From Spirochaetia bacterium (GTDB lineage: Bacteria; Spirochaetota; Spirochaetia; SZUA-6; Bin103): DNA of 64,000 nucleotides. Location: NCBI GenBank assembly GCA_965203055.1, contig OZ241863.1, forward strand, positions 2,272,001-2,336,000. Direction: 5' to 3'. The position numbers and the translations under genes are program-made. A model generated the notes under the pieces. That model had not been told where the DNA came from. It saw nothing but the letters and a program-made list of their open reading frames with translations, and made no database searches. The number at the start of each line of letters is the position of its first letter. Position 1 is the first letter of the stretch. Below are positions 12,300-22,090 of this stretch, one piece after another.

Positions 12300-13361
12300 A
12301 TGCAGGCGCTGGTGCTGACCGCCCCCAACCGGTTCTCGGTGACCGAGGTACCGCGCCCCGTACCGGGCCGCGAGGACGTGCTGGTGCGGGTGGATACGAC
12401 CTGCATCTGCGGTACCGATCCGCACATCATCGCCGGCGACTTCCCCGGCTTCTGGCCCAGGTCCTATCCCTTCGTCCCCGGCCACGAGTGGTCCGGCACC
12501 GTGACCGCGGCCGGGGAGGTGGCGGCCGGTCTCGGCTACCGCGCCGGCGACCGCGTGTGCGCCACCTCGCATTGCGGCTGCGGGTTCTGCCGCATGTGCC
12601 TGACCGGTCGCTACAACCTGTGCCTGAACTACGGCAACGAAGCGGTCGGCCACCGCCAGTACGGGCACTACACCGCGGGCGGCTACGCCGAGTACGTGGC
12701 CGCCAGCGTCAAGAGCGTGCACCGCATCCCCGACCAGCTCCCGCTGGCCTGCGCCGCGGCCATCGATCCGCTGTCGATCGCGCTGTACACCGTCAAGCGC
12801 ACGCGCCTGCAGCCGGGCGCCGACCTGGTCATCCTGGGCACCGGCCCGCAGGGCCTGCTGGCGATTCTGTGCGCCGCCGCGCTCGGCGCCGGGCGCATCA
12901 TCGCCGCCGGCAGCGGCGCGCGCCTGCAGCGGGCGCGGGACCTGGGGGCAGTCGGCATCGACTACCGCACGGCAGACGTGGTGGCCGAAGTGCGCCGGCT
13001 CACCGGCGGACTCGGGGCGCCGCACGTGGTGGAGTGCGCCGGCACTGCGGCCGCGTTCCGCCAAGCCTGCGAGCTGGCGGCCAAGGGCGGCGTGATCTCG
13101 GCGATCGGCCTGCCGGCGGAGGACGCCGCGGTACCGGTGCGGCGCCTGGTGCTGGACGAAGTGGAGATCCGCGGCGGGCGCGCCAACCCCAACACCGCCG
13201 CGGAGGCGCTGGCGCTGGTGGTCAACGGGCGCATCGACCTGGCGCCGTTGTTCACCCACCGCTTCGCGCTGCGCGACTTCGCCGAGGCGCTGCGCACCTT
13301 CACCGGCCGGATCGACGGCGCCATCAAGGTGGCGGTCTGCCCCGCGCTCGGCGGCGCTTGA
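12300..13361 (+). CDS. Zn-dependent alcohol/sugar dehydrogenase (MDR family)
   Basis: CICGTDPH, GHEWSG, structural CxxCxxC..C and GTGPQG. Confidence 0.9.
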   Translation: MQALVLTAPNRFSVTEVPRPVPGREDVLVRVDTTCICGTDPHIIAGDFPGFWPRSYPFVPGHEWSGTVTAAGEVAAGLGYRAGDRVCATSHCGCGFCRMCLTGRYNLCLNYGNEAVGHRQYGHYTAGGYAEYVAASVKSVHRIPDQLPLACAAAIDPLSIALYTVKRTRLQPGADLVILGTGPQGLLAILCAAALGAGRIIAAGSGARLQRARDLGAVGIDYRTADVVAEVRRLTGGLGAPHVVECAGTAAAFRQACELAAKGGVISAIGLPAEDAAVPVRRLVLDEVEIRGGRANPNTAAEALALVVNGRIDLAPLFTHRFALRDFAEALRTFTGRIDGAIKVAVCPALGGA

Positions 13362-13400
13362 CCGCGGCGGCCGGGTTCCGTACTTTCCTGCGCTACTGCC

Positions 13401-14453
13401 ATGGCATTCGAATCACGGGTCTACGCACTGCGGATCGAACCGCACCCCAACGCCGACCGCCTGGAACTGGCCGCCATCGGCGGCTTCCGCTGCGTGGTCG
13501 GCAAGGACAGCTTCGTCGACGGCGACCTGGCCGCCTACATCCCGGAAGGCGCCGTCTGCCCCGAGTGGCTGATCACCGAGCTGGGGCTGGAAGGCAAGCT
13601 GGCCGGCAGCAAGAAGAACCGCGTCAAGGCGGTGCAACTGCGCGGCGCGCTGTCGCAGGGTCTGGTGTACCCGGTCCGCGACGGGATGATTCGCGGGCGC
13701 CCGGTCAGCGCCGGCGACGAGGTGACGGAGCTGCTGGAGCTGGTCAAGTACGAGCCGCCGATCCCCATCTCCATGCAGGGCGAGGTGCAGGCGGCGCACG
13801 GCGCGACCATCCACTATGACATCGAGGACTTCAAGAAGTACCCGCAGGAGTTCCGCGACGGGGAACCGGTGATGGTCACCGAGAAGCTGCACGGCACCTG
13901 GTGCTGCCTGGGCTGGCACCCCGACCACGGCCCGATCGTCACCTCCAAGGGCATGTCGGACAAGGGCTTGGCGCTGCGGCTCAACGACGCCAACGAAGGC
14001 AACCTGTACGTGCGCACCTGGGCCGCGCACCGGGAGGCGTTCGAGGCGGCGCGCGCCCGCGTGGCCGGCGGCGGTGAGCCGTGCTACGTCCTGGGGGAGG
14101 TGTATGGGCGCGGCGTGCAGGACCTGCACTACGGCCAACCCAACCCGTCGTTCGCGGTGTTCGATGCCTACGTGGGCGAACCGGGCATGGGCCGCTACCT
14201 GAGCCCGGATGAACTGGCCGAGTCGCTGAGCGATCTGTTTCCGCTGGTGCCGGCGCTCTACCGGGGGCCGTTCAGCCTGGCAAAGCTGCAGGAGCTGACC
14301 GACGGCGCCACTACCCTGGGCGGCGCGCACGTGCGCGAAGGCGTGGTGGTCAGGCCGGCCGCCGAACGGGTGTCGTCCGAGTTCGGGCGGGTGATTCTGA
14401 AGAGCGTCTCCGGCAAGTATCTGACCCGCAAGGGCGGAACCGAGTTCAACTGA
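13401..14453 (+). CDS. ATP-dependent RNA ligase, DRB0094/Rnl5 family
   Basis: N-terminal OB-like HPNADRLE domain, then motif I TEKLHGT, GEVYG, FAVFD, REGVVVR and ILKSVS..YL. Confidence 0.9.
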   Translation: MAFESRVYALRIEPHPNADRLELAAIGGFRCVVGKDSFVDGDLAAYIPEGAVCPEWLITELGLEGKLAGSKKNRVKAVQLRGALSQGLVYPVRDGMIRGRPVSAGDEVTELLELVKYEPPIPISMQGEVQAAHGATIHYDIEDFKKYPQEFRDGEPVMVTEKLHGTWCCLGWHPDHGPIVTSKGMSDKGLALRLNDANEGNLYVRTWAAHREAFEAARARVAGGGEPCYVLGEVYGRGVQDLHYGQPNPSFAVFDAYVGEPGMGRYLSPDELAESLSDLFPLVPALYRGPFSLAKLQELTDGATTLGGAHVREGVVVRPAAERVSSEFGRVILKSVSGKYLTRKGGTEFN

Positions 14454-14514
14454 CCTCCGTTCGCGGCCGGGAGCCCGGCCCCGGCTTCCCCCGGCGGCTG
14501 GCCGGCGGGCGGCT

Positions 14515-14724
14515 TCAGTGCTCGGCTTCCCGGTCCTGCCAGCCCCGCGCCAGGGTTCGCGTCCGGGCGGCGTCGTCCAGTACGCGGGCGCATGACTCCC
14601 AGTCGACGGGGCTGACTTCGCGGTAGCGCAGCTCGAAGGGGTGCTGCCGCGGCCTCGACGAGAATACGTACCGTGGTCCTGGAATCTGCGCGACAATTCC
14701 AGCCGGAGACCAATCCCGAACCAA
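14515..14724 (-). CDS. Possible small hypothetical protein downstream of hipA
   Basis: 69-codon ORF with a TTG start preceded by GAGGAGG; no recognisable domain. Confidence 0.3.
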   Translation of the reverse strand: MVRDWSPAGIVAQIPGPRYVFSSRPRQHPFELRYREVSPVDWESCARVLDDAARTRTLARGWQDREAEH

Positions 14725-14763
14725 CTTTCCTCCTCGCTCGATGAGTCTGACCTGACTTGACGG

Positions 14764-16065
14764 TCAGACGATAAGATCGGTTCGGTGGGCGGCGGCCAGG
14801 CGGCGGGCGGCGGCGGCCGGCACCCCCGCCAGCGCGGCGAACTCGGGCCAGCGCCGCACGGCGTCCCGGACCTGACGGAGGATGTCGGCGGCGCGGCCCC
14901 GACGCATGGCGGCGTTGCGGGCGCAGGCCGCGAAGTCGCCGGCGGCGAAGCCTTCGCGTTTGCCGTTCAGCGACATCTGGTGCGCGCCGGTCCATCGCCC
15001 GGCGGGATTGTAGCTGTAGGTAAGGTCGAACGCCGGCGCCAGCGACCAGCGTCCCGACCGATCCATCAGGAAGGCGATGTTCTTGACGTGATCATCCTGA
15101 TTGCGCGCCACGACATTGAACGCCATGCGCCGAAACTGCTCTTCCACCGCCGGCTTGCCGAGGCCCAGTCGCTGAATCACGCCGAGCGCCTGCTCGTAGG
15201 AGTTTGCGCCGGGTTGATTGAAGTCGTAGTGGGCCAACGCGCCCAGTGACTGCATGTGAATCTTGTCGCCCGCGGGCGTGCGGTCGAACCGGCGGGTCAT
15301 GAAGTGATTGCGCCCGCCCTCGCGCAGGATGCGGCACTCGGCCATGGTGATGCCCGCGGCCTGCGCCATGATGTGATAGGCGTATTCGATCAGCCCATAG
15401 CCCTGCGGATCATCGAGCTCGCGGTCGCGGTTGCCCGCTACGCCGTCGAACTTCAGGAGCCAGTAGGAAAACCCGTCGCCGGCGGCGATCTGCCCGGAGC
15501 GCACCGCGCCGGTGGCGGGGTTCCAGGCGATGATCGCCTTGGCGCGGGCGCCGCCGGCCGACGTGCCCACGCGCAGGATGCTCTGCAGCGCCTGCTGCCG
15601 CTGCGGGGTCCGGAGCGATCCGGTGAGCGCACCGCGGTGGTCGAGTATCTCGCCGGCCAGCTCGACCAGGGCGGCCACCTCCACCGCGGACTGGCGGTAC
15701 TCCGGCCCGGTGGCGGGGACGAACTCCAGCGCCCCCATGCCGCGCACGCCGACGTAGCAGAGCCGTTCCACCGAGTTGAAGTCGCCGGGGATGCGGCCCT
15801 GCGCGGCCAGCCAAGCGTCGATGACGGCATTTCCGAACCGGTCCGGGAGCGAGTCGGCCAGCAGTCCCGGCAGCCCGTGGAACGTCTCCTGCGCCAGTGC
15901 CGGGAAGGAGTAGATGGCAGTGCCCAGAGGCATGGTGAGCGGGGCAACCTGCCGTCCGCTGCGCAGGAACGACGAGTTGTACTCGAAGTTGGCACTGCCG
16001 CGGCCGTCATCCCAGCTCACCGCGCCGATAGTGGTTCCCCACAGTTTCACTTCGGCCACGGTCAT
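14764..16065 (-). CDS. hipA: HipA-family serine/threonine kinase toxin with N-terminal HipA_N domain
   Basis: LADSLPDRFG, SAGGARAKA, WLLKFD, RRFDR, RNQDDHVKN and LAPAFDL. Confidence 0.9.
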   Translation of the reverse strand: MTVAEVKLWGTTIGAVSWDDGRGSANFEYNSSFLRSGRQVAPLTMPLGTAIYSFPALAQETFHGLPGLLADSLPDRFGNAVIDAWLAAQGRIPGDFNSVERLCYVGVRGMGALEFVPATGPEYRQSAVEVAALVELAGEILDHRGALTGSLRTPQRQQALQSILRVGTSAGGARAKAIIAWNPATGAVRSGQIAAGDGFSYWLLKFDGVAGNRDRELDDPQGYGLIEYAYHIMAQAAGITMAECRILREGGRNHFMTRRFDRTPAGDKIHMQSLGALAHYDFNQPGANSYEQALGVIQRLGLGKPAVEEQFRRMAFNVVARNQDDHVKNIAFLMDRSGRWSLAPAFDLTYSYNPAGRWTGAHQMSLNGKREGFAAGDFAACARNAAMRRGRAADILRQVRDAVRRWPEFAALAGVPAAAARRLAAAHRTDLIV

Positions 16066-16418
16066 GGTTCATCGCCCCAGGTCCACGTGCCGGGCGTCTC
16101 GCGGATGACGGTGGTGGCAGGCGACGAAGCGCGCTGGCGCAGCTTGCCGGCCATTCTGAGCTGCTGAATCGGGCTGGGGGCCGGCTCGGGCACGAGCAGG
16201 TCGAGATAGTCGAGCAGCCGGAGGGCGCGCAGGATCCGAATCAGGCTCGAAGCCTGGCACGACTTGCCCTGCTCCAGGCGCTGCACGGTCGGCGCCGACA
16301 CCCCGGCCTCAACGGCGAGCGCCGCCTGGGTAAGGTTGCGGTTCAACCGCTGGCGGGCAAGGCGGTTGCCAAGCTCCTGCATTGCGGCAGTATCGGAGGT
16401 ATGGTGGGTGATCGTCAT
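16062..16418 (-). CDS. hipB: XRE/HipB-type HTH antitoxin
   Basis: RLNRNLTQAALAVEAGVSAPTVQRLEQG helix-turn-helix; overlaps the hipA start by 4 bp. Confidence 0.8.
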   Translation of the reverse strand: MTITHHTSDTAAMQELGNRLARQRLNRNLTQAALAVEAGVSAPTVQRLEQGKSCQASSLIRILRALRLLDYLDLLVPEPAPSPIQQLRMAGKLRQRASSPATTVIRETPGTWTWGDEP

Positions 16419-16532
16419 TATAAGATCCCTGTTTTGATTTCTTACGCGACATTTCGCCAAGCAATCAATCAAATATAGTGGCTTGCAAGGTAATCTCAAA
16501 CCGTGAAATGGTCAACGTCCGATCGGGCGCGT

Positions 16533-16554
16533 TATACATCTAATTTGATGTATA
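16533..16554. promoter_or_regulatory. Palindromic operator candidate upstream of hipBA
   Basis: TATACATC-taattt-GATGTATA, a perfect 8-bp inverted repeat in an AT-rich intergenic region. Confidence 0.55.
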
Positions 16555-16683
16555 TTGCCTAATTTCAGCCATTGCACATCACCTTCGATTAGTTAATTGG
16601 AGATCGGCGCCGGGCAGGCGAGCTGCCGCCGGCGGCGCCAGGCCCGGCGCCGCCGGCGTCCTGCCCGGCGCCGCGCTTGGCGT

Positions 16684-17841
16684 TTACTCGTCGTCTCCGG
16701 TCAGGATCTCGAGGTACTCGTGGTAGGCGTAGGCGCGGCCGCGGCGGTTGCCGGTGATCTCGCGCAGTACGCCCAGGCTCTCGAGCAGGGCGATCGCCTT
16801 GCGAGTCGGAGGCGGGGTGAGGTCGAGCAGCTCGCACGCCCGGGGAACGGTCACCACCGGGCTGGCCGGAAGGCACTCCAGCAGCCGGATGGCGGCAACG
16901 GTCGGGCGGTCGTGGGCGATGATGCGGCGGCGGTGGCGCTCGACCAGGGCATACAGTTCCCGCGCGGCGCGGACGCCGTCGTCGGCCGCCTCGCGCACGC
17001 ATGCCAGAAAGAATGCGGTCCAGCCCTCCCAGTCGCCGCCGGTGCGCACCGCGTCCAGCCGCGCGTAGTATTCCGCCTGGGCGCGGCGGAACGCCAGGCT
17101 GAGGTAGAGCAGCGGCTGGTCGAGCAACCGCCAATGCTCGATGAGCAGCGCGATCAGCAGCCGGCCAATGCGGCCGTTGCCGTCCAGGAACGGGTGGATC
17201 GTCTCGAACTGCACGTGCGCGAGTCCAGCGCGCACCAACGGCGGCAAACCGCAATCGGCGTGCCACCAGCGCTCCAGCGCCGCCAGCGCGTCCGGCACCT
17301 CTTCCGGCGGCGGAGGTACGAACCGGGCGTTGCCGGGCCGGCTGCCGCCGATCCAGTTCTGCGAGCGGCGCAGCTCGCCCGGCTGCTTGTCCGCGCCGCG
17401 CGCTCCGCTCATGAGGAGGCGGTGCGCGTCGCGCAGCAGGCGGATGCTGAGCGGCAGGCCGTTCGGGTCGGCGAGCTGCTCGCGGGCGTAGGTGAGGGCT
17501 GCCACGTAGTTGACGACCTCCTGCACGTCGTCAGGGCGGTCGGCGCGAGCGGTCCTCTCGTAGGTAACGGCGTCCCGGAGCGTGGCCTGCGTCCCCTCGA
17601 TCCGCGAAGTGACGACCGCCTCCTTCCGCACGAACCCGTAGAGGAACCAGTCGGTGTCCGGCACCATCGCGCCCGCAACCGCCAGGCGGGACAGCGCGTG
17701 CTGCGCGCCGGCGTGGAGCTCCGCCATCGGCCCGTCCAGCGCCAGGGGAGGCTCCCGCGGCGGCAGCGGGCAGGGAACGAACGCGCGAACCTGCTCTCCC
17801 AGGGTGCTGGTGATGCGGTATCGACCGGTTCGGCGCTCCAC
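16684..17841 (-). CDS. Fic-family protein, class II (N-terminal autoinhibitory helix, C-terminal HTH)
   Basis: Fic motif HPFLDGNGRIGR, inhibitory TSRIEG, and GELRRSQNWIG. Confidence 0.92.
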   Translation of the reverse strand: MERRTGRYRITSTLGEQVRAFVPCPLPPREPPLALDGPMAELHAGAQHALSRLAVAGAMVPDTDWFLYGFVRKEAVVTSRIEGTQATLRDAVTYERTARADRPDDVQEVVNYVAALTYAREQLADPNGLPLSIRLLRDAHRLLMSGARGADKQPGELRRSQNWIGGSRPGNARFVPPPPEEVPDALAALERWWHADCGLPPLVRAGLAHVQFETIHPFLDGNGRIGRLLIALLIEHWRLLDQPLLYLSLAFRRAQAEYYARLDAVRTGGDWEGWTAFFLACVREAADDGVRAARELYALVERHRRRIIAHDRPTVAAIRLLECLPASPVVTVPRACELLDLTPPPTRKAIALLESLGVLREITGNRRGRAYAYHEYLEILTGDDE

Positions 17842-17858
17842 GCTGAGTATCTATAAGC

Positions 17859-17899
17859 AACGATCGTTTCTTTATCAAGGAGGATAAGAAACAATCGTT
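17859..17899. promoter_or_regulatory. Imperfect inverted repeat immediately upstream of fic
   Basis: AACGATCGTTTCTTTATC (17859-17876) and GATAAGAAACAATCGTT (17883-17899). Confidence 0.5.
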
Positions 17900-17912
17900 T
17901 CCCAAGCGGTCG

Positions 17913-18695
17913 TCAGCCGCGGCCGATGTAGGGCATCCTGGTGGCCATCACCGTGAGAAAGGGAACGTTGGCATCGAGCGGCAGGCGCGCCATGTAGAGC
18001 ACCGCGTCGGCAACGTGCTGCACGTCCATGGTCGGCTCCACCATGGTGGTGCCGTTGGCCTGCGCCACGCCCTCGGACATTCGCTCCGTCATCGGCGTAG
18101 CGGCGTTGCCGATGTCGATCTGGCCGCAGGTAATGTCGAAGGGGCGGCCGTCGAGGGCGGTCGACCTGGTAAGTCCGGTGATGGCGTGCTTGGTGGCGGT
18201 GTAGGGCGCCGAGTCGGGCCGCGGCACGTGGGCCGAGATGGAACCGTTGTTGATGATCCGCCCGCCTGCCGGCCGCTGCGCCTTCATGACCTTGAACGCC
18301 TCTTGGGTGCAGAGAAAGGAACCGGTCAGGTTGGTGTCCACCACCTGTTGCCAGTCCTGCAGACTGAGTTCCTCCAGCGGCACCTTCGGCGCGCCCATCC
18401 CGGCGTTGTTGAATACCAGGTCCACGCGGCCGAACGCGCCGCGCGCGGCGGCGAACAGCGCCCGGACCGAAGCCTGGTCGGCGACGTCCGTCGGCACGAC
18501 CAGCGTTCGGGCCGGCGGCCGCGGCGGGCCGGAAGCCGCCGCCGCCGTCAGCTCCGCAGTCTCCTCCAGCGCCGGGCGGCGGCGCCCGGCCAGGACTACG
18601 GCGTAGCCGTTGGCATGCAGGGTAACCGCAGCCGCCCGCCCCACGCCGCTGCCGGCGCCGGTCACTACCGCCACTCTCATCACAGCCTCCGCCAC
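17913..18695 (-). CDS. SDR family oxidoreductase
   Basis: [17 protein letters not shown] and GQIDIGNA. Confidence 0.9.
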   Translation of the reverse strand: MAEAVMRVAVVTGAGSGVGRAAAVTLHANGYAVVLAGRRRPALEETAELTAAAASGPPRPPARTLVVPTDVADQASVRALFAAARGAFGRVDLVFNNAGMGAPKVPLEELSLQDWQQVVDTNLTGSFLCTQEAFKVMKAQRPAGGRIINNGSISAHVPRPDSAPYTATKHAITGLTRSTALDGRPFDITCGQIDIGNAATPMTERMSEGVAQANGTTMVEPTMDVQHVADAVLYMARLPLDANVPFLTVMATRMPYIGRG

Positions 18696-18716
18696 GTTTG
18701 CCGGTCTCCCGGCCCG

Positions 18717-19403
18717 CTACGATGGTTCCTCGACGCGGACGTAGCGCGCGAGTTCCTGGGAGATGGTCACCGCGTCCTGCGCGTTTTGCGCGTCCTCGCG
18801 CTCCACGATCACCTCTTCATCGGTCACGCTGGTCAACTTGATCGCCACGCCGGGCAGCAGCCGATTTTCGTGCAGCAGTTGCATCAGAGCGGAGTTCTCC
18901 TCCGCCTCCTCGGTGATACGCAGAATCCGGGTGGCCTCACCCGCCTCCACGTCCGACAGCCGCCGGGCATCCAACAGCCGCCGCTCGTCGCGGGAGCCGG
19001 GGAACGGATTGCCGTGCGGGCAGGTCGTGGGCCGCCCCAGCCGCTCGAACAGGTGCGCTTCCAGGCGCGGCGACAGCGAGTGCTCCAACCGGTCAGCCTC
19101 TTCGTCGACGTTCACCCAGTCGAATCCCAATTCGTCGACCAGCAGCCGCTCCAGCAGGTAATGCCGCCGGATGATGCGCTCCGCCTGACTGCGCCCGCGC
19201 GGCGTCAACCGCATTCCGTCGTCGGGATCGAGCACCGCCAGGCCGTGTTGCGCCAGCCGCTTCATCCCCTGGGTGACCGCCGGCGGCGACACCCCCATGC
19301 GCTCGGCGATGCGCGCGCCGACAACCGGCCGGCCTTCGCGCAGCAGCAGGTAGAGTTGGACGAGGTATTCGTTTTCGGTAGCGGAGGAGCGCGTCGCAGT
19401 CAC
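18717..19403 (-). CDS. DtxR/MntR-family metal-dependent regulator with FeoA domain
   Basis: ENEYL, GVSPPAVT HTH, RRHYLLERLL, EEADRLEH and CPHGNPFP. The GTG start at 19403 is inferred. Confidence 0.88.
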   Translation of the reverse strand: MTATRSSATENEYLVQLYLLLREGRPVVGARIAERMGVSPPAVTQGMKRLAQHGLAVLDPDDGMRLTPRGRSQAERIIRRHYLLERLLVDELGFDWVNVDEEADRLEHSLSPRLEAHLFERLGRPTTCPHGNPFPGSRDERRLLDARRLSDVEAGEATRILRITEEAEENSALMQLLHENRLLPGVAIKLTSVTDEEVIVEREDAQNAQDAVTISQELARYVRVEEPS

Positions 19404-19506
19404 AGCAGCAGTACCAGTCAACCGGCCCGGATGATAGACCGCCTCCGCCGCCCCGGTCAAGGAACCGGGCGCGCGCGCCCGCCGGTACGGCCGGTTCGTT
19501 CGCTCG

Positions 19507-21867
19507 TCACCCCGCGGCGAGCGGCGGCAGGACGCGCCGGCCACCGCCGGTCAGCCCCATGACCACCGGCAGGATGACCAGCGAACCGACCAGCGTAGAC
19601 AGCACCAGCACCCCCAGCAGCAGCCCCGACACGGCGATAGGCGGGAACGTGGACGCGGCCAACATCAGCAGACCGGCGGCCAGCGACAGCGCGCTGATCA
19701 GAATCGAACGGCCCGACCGCACCAGCGTGAGAGCAATCGCTCCGGCGCTGGGCGCCGCGGGGCCGGCCGCCTGAGGTCCGCCGGCCTCGCGCCGGTAGGC
19801 CAGCAGCAAGTGAATGGCATGATCCACGCCGACGCCGATCGACAGCGCCGACAGCATCATGGTCACCCCGTCGAGCGGTATGTCGGCCAGCGCCATGAGC
19901 GTGAAGTTGGTCATGAGGCCGGCAACCACCGGAATCAGGGTGTAGGCGCCGAACAGCAGCGAGCGGAAGCCGACCGCGGTCACCAGGAAGACCAACACCA
20001 CCGAAACGATGGCCGAGCGCACGTGGTCGAGCAGCAAGTCGTCGGCCACCGACAGAATCGCCATCCCGTTGCTCCAGATCTCCACTTCCAGATCGGCCGG
20101 CACGATGGCATGCACCAGCTCCTCGATCCGGGCCGCGGTCTCCCGGAACTCCTGCTCGTTGACCAGCCGTCCGCCATCCGCCGCTTCCGTGATCCGCACG
20201 TTCACGGTGAGGCTGGAAGCCTCCCGGTCGATGGTGGATTGCAACATCGCGTCGGAGGCGCGGTCCTGCGGGAGCTCGTGCAGCAGCCGCGCGAACACAC
20301 CGATGAGCGCCCGGTTGCGCGGCACCTGATAGCTCCCGCGCACGGCCAGGTTCATCCGGCTGAGCTGGGTCACGAACGAGGCCACGTAAGCGACGTCCGG
20401 ATCATCCCGAAGGGCCTGTTCCAGATCGGCGACGCGCTGCAGTCGTTCGGGATCGAGAAAGTATCTTCGCGCCGCCGCGGGAGCGGTCAGCGTGATGTTG
20501 ACGTCGAGCGCGCCGACCAGCTCGCGTCCGACGAACAGGTTGTCCTGGATGAGCTGCGAGTCGCGGCCGAACATGCGCGTGATGTCGGTGTCATATCTGA
20601 GGCGGCCCAGCGACGCGAAGCAGACCACGGCCAACGCCGCGGCGGCCGCGAGCACCACGAACTTCCAGCGCGTCTCTCCCAATCGAGCCAGCGCGCTCAG
20701 GATCGGCGGCGCCTTGGGCGGCTTGCGGGACCGGCTTGGAGGCGGCAGCAGCGTCAGGCAAGCCGGCAGAAAGAACAGCGCCAGCAGCGCGCAGTGGGCA
20801 ATTCCGACCGCCGTGATCAGGCCAAACTCGCGCACCTGGACGAGCGATCCGGTGAGCAGGCTGCTGAACCCGATGATGGTGGTAACGGCGGCCAGCACGA
20901 TGGTGGCGGTAACCCGGGCCATCGCCCACCTGACGCTGGCTTTCAGCAGTCCCTGGCGGCTGGCGCTGGTATGGTAATCGGTCAGCACGTGCACGCTGTA
21001 GGCGCTGCCGAGGCTGAGAACGAGCGGCGGCGTCATGATGCTGGTTATCGTGAAGGAGAGCCCCAGGAGACGCATCGTGCCGATGGTCCAGACCGTCCCT
21101 ACCAGCACCACGAGGAGCGGCATCGCTACCGTCAGAGCGCCGCGAAAGGTCGCGTAGTAGGCGAGCATGATCACCACCAGCGCGGCAATCAGGAGGCGTG
21201 GAAGATCAGTGGTAAGCCGCTGCTTCAAGCGGTAGTCGAAGGTCGGATTGCCGCCCCAGCGAATGGTGTAGTAGTCAGCGACGGGAGCCGTGATGCGCTC
21301 CAGTTCAGTGAACAGGGCGTGATAATCGTCGCGCCGCGGAACGTTGAATACCGCGCCGATCGTGTTGCCGTCGGGCGCCACGAGCAACTTGCGGCTCGCC
21401 GGATCCTCCAGCAGTCTGCGCTTGAGGAGCGCCGCCTCGCCGGCGGTGCCGGGCGCGCGCCCGCCGGCCGCGATCGGTGTGATCGAAATAACCCCGCGTT
21501 CGGTGGTGCGAAACGTCAGCAGGTTGAAGGGCGTGATGCTGCCGGTAACTTCGTCCAGCGCTTCGATTTGCCGAATGGCGCCGTCCAGCGCCGCGAGCGC
21601 GTCCACCGCAAACGCATCGCCGCTCTCGACGGCCATTATCAGAAAGTCGCGTTCGGTGCGCGATTGGCCGCGCTCCCGGAGCAGGCGCGCGACCTCATCC
21701 GGAAACAGCTCGTCGAGATTGGAGCTGACGTCGACGCCGGCGGCCAATACGCCAAACACCAGGGTCAGAACCAGCACCGCGGCGATTACCTGCCAGGCAC
21801 GGCGCTGAGCGAACCCGACGATGCGGAATGCCAGTCCGGCGAGCGGTACGCGAGATTCCTGTGTCAC
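19507..21867 (-). CDS. MMPL/RND-family lipid transporter
   Basis: Two repeated blocks of transmembrane helices with large extracytoplasmic loops; LGSAYSVH, TTIIGFSSL and GVGVDHAIH. Confidence 0.85.
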   Translation of the reverse strand: MTQESRVPLAGLAFRIVGFAQRRAWQVIAAVLVLTLVFGVLAAGVDVSSNLDELFPDEVARLLRERGQSRTERDFLIMAVESGDAFAVDALAALDGAIRQIEALDEVTGSITPFNLLTFRTTERGVISITPIAAGGRAPGTAGEAALLKRRLLEDPASRKLLVAPDGNTIGAVFNVPRRDDYHALFTELERITAPVADYYTIRWGGNPTFDYRLKQRLTTDLPRLLIAALVVIMLAYYATFRGALTVAMPLLVVLVGTVWTIGTMRLLGLSFTITSIMTPPLVLSLGSAYSVHVLTDYHTSASRQGLLKASVRWAMARVTATIVLAAVTTIIGFSSLLTGSLVQVREFGLITAVGIAHCALLALFFLPACLTLLPPPSRSRKPPKAPPILSALARLGETRWKFVVLAAAAALAVVCFASLGRLRYDTDITRMFGRDSQLIQDNLFVGRELVGALDVNITLTAPAAARRYFLDPERLQRVADLEQALRDDPDVAYVASFVTQLSRMNLAVRGSYQVPRNRALIGVFARLLHELPQDRASDAMLQSTIDREASSLTVNVRITEAADGGRLVNEQEFRETAARIEELVHAIVPADLEVEIWSNGMAILSVADDLLLDHVRSAIVSVVLVFLVTAVGFRSLLFGAYTLIPVVAGLMTNFTLMALADIPLDGVTMMLSALSIGVGVDHAIHLLLAYRREAGGPQAAGPAAPSAGAIALTLVRSGRSILISALSLAAGLLMLAASTFPPIAVSGLLLGVLVLSTLVGSLVILPVVMGLTGGGRRVLPPLAAG

Positions 21868-22090
21868 GAAGTGAGCATGCCAGTGGAGCGGGGCCCCTAG
21901 TATCGTATGTTGCGCCGCCGCCGGTCAATCCCGGCCCCGGCGCCGAAAGCGCGGAAAGCGCGGAGCACGCGCACCGGAGAGCGCGGCGCGGCCGGGCGCG
22001 GCCGGCACCGGCGCGGCAGCCGGCACTGTACAGCGCCGGTATCGTGATCTATAGTGATGGCCGGCTCGCTTTGGCGAGCGCCAATGTCTC

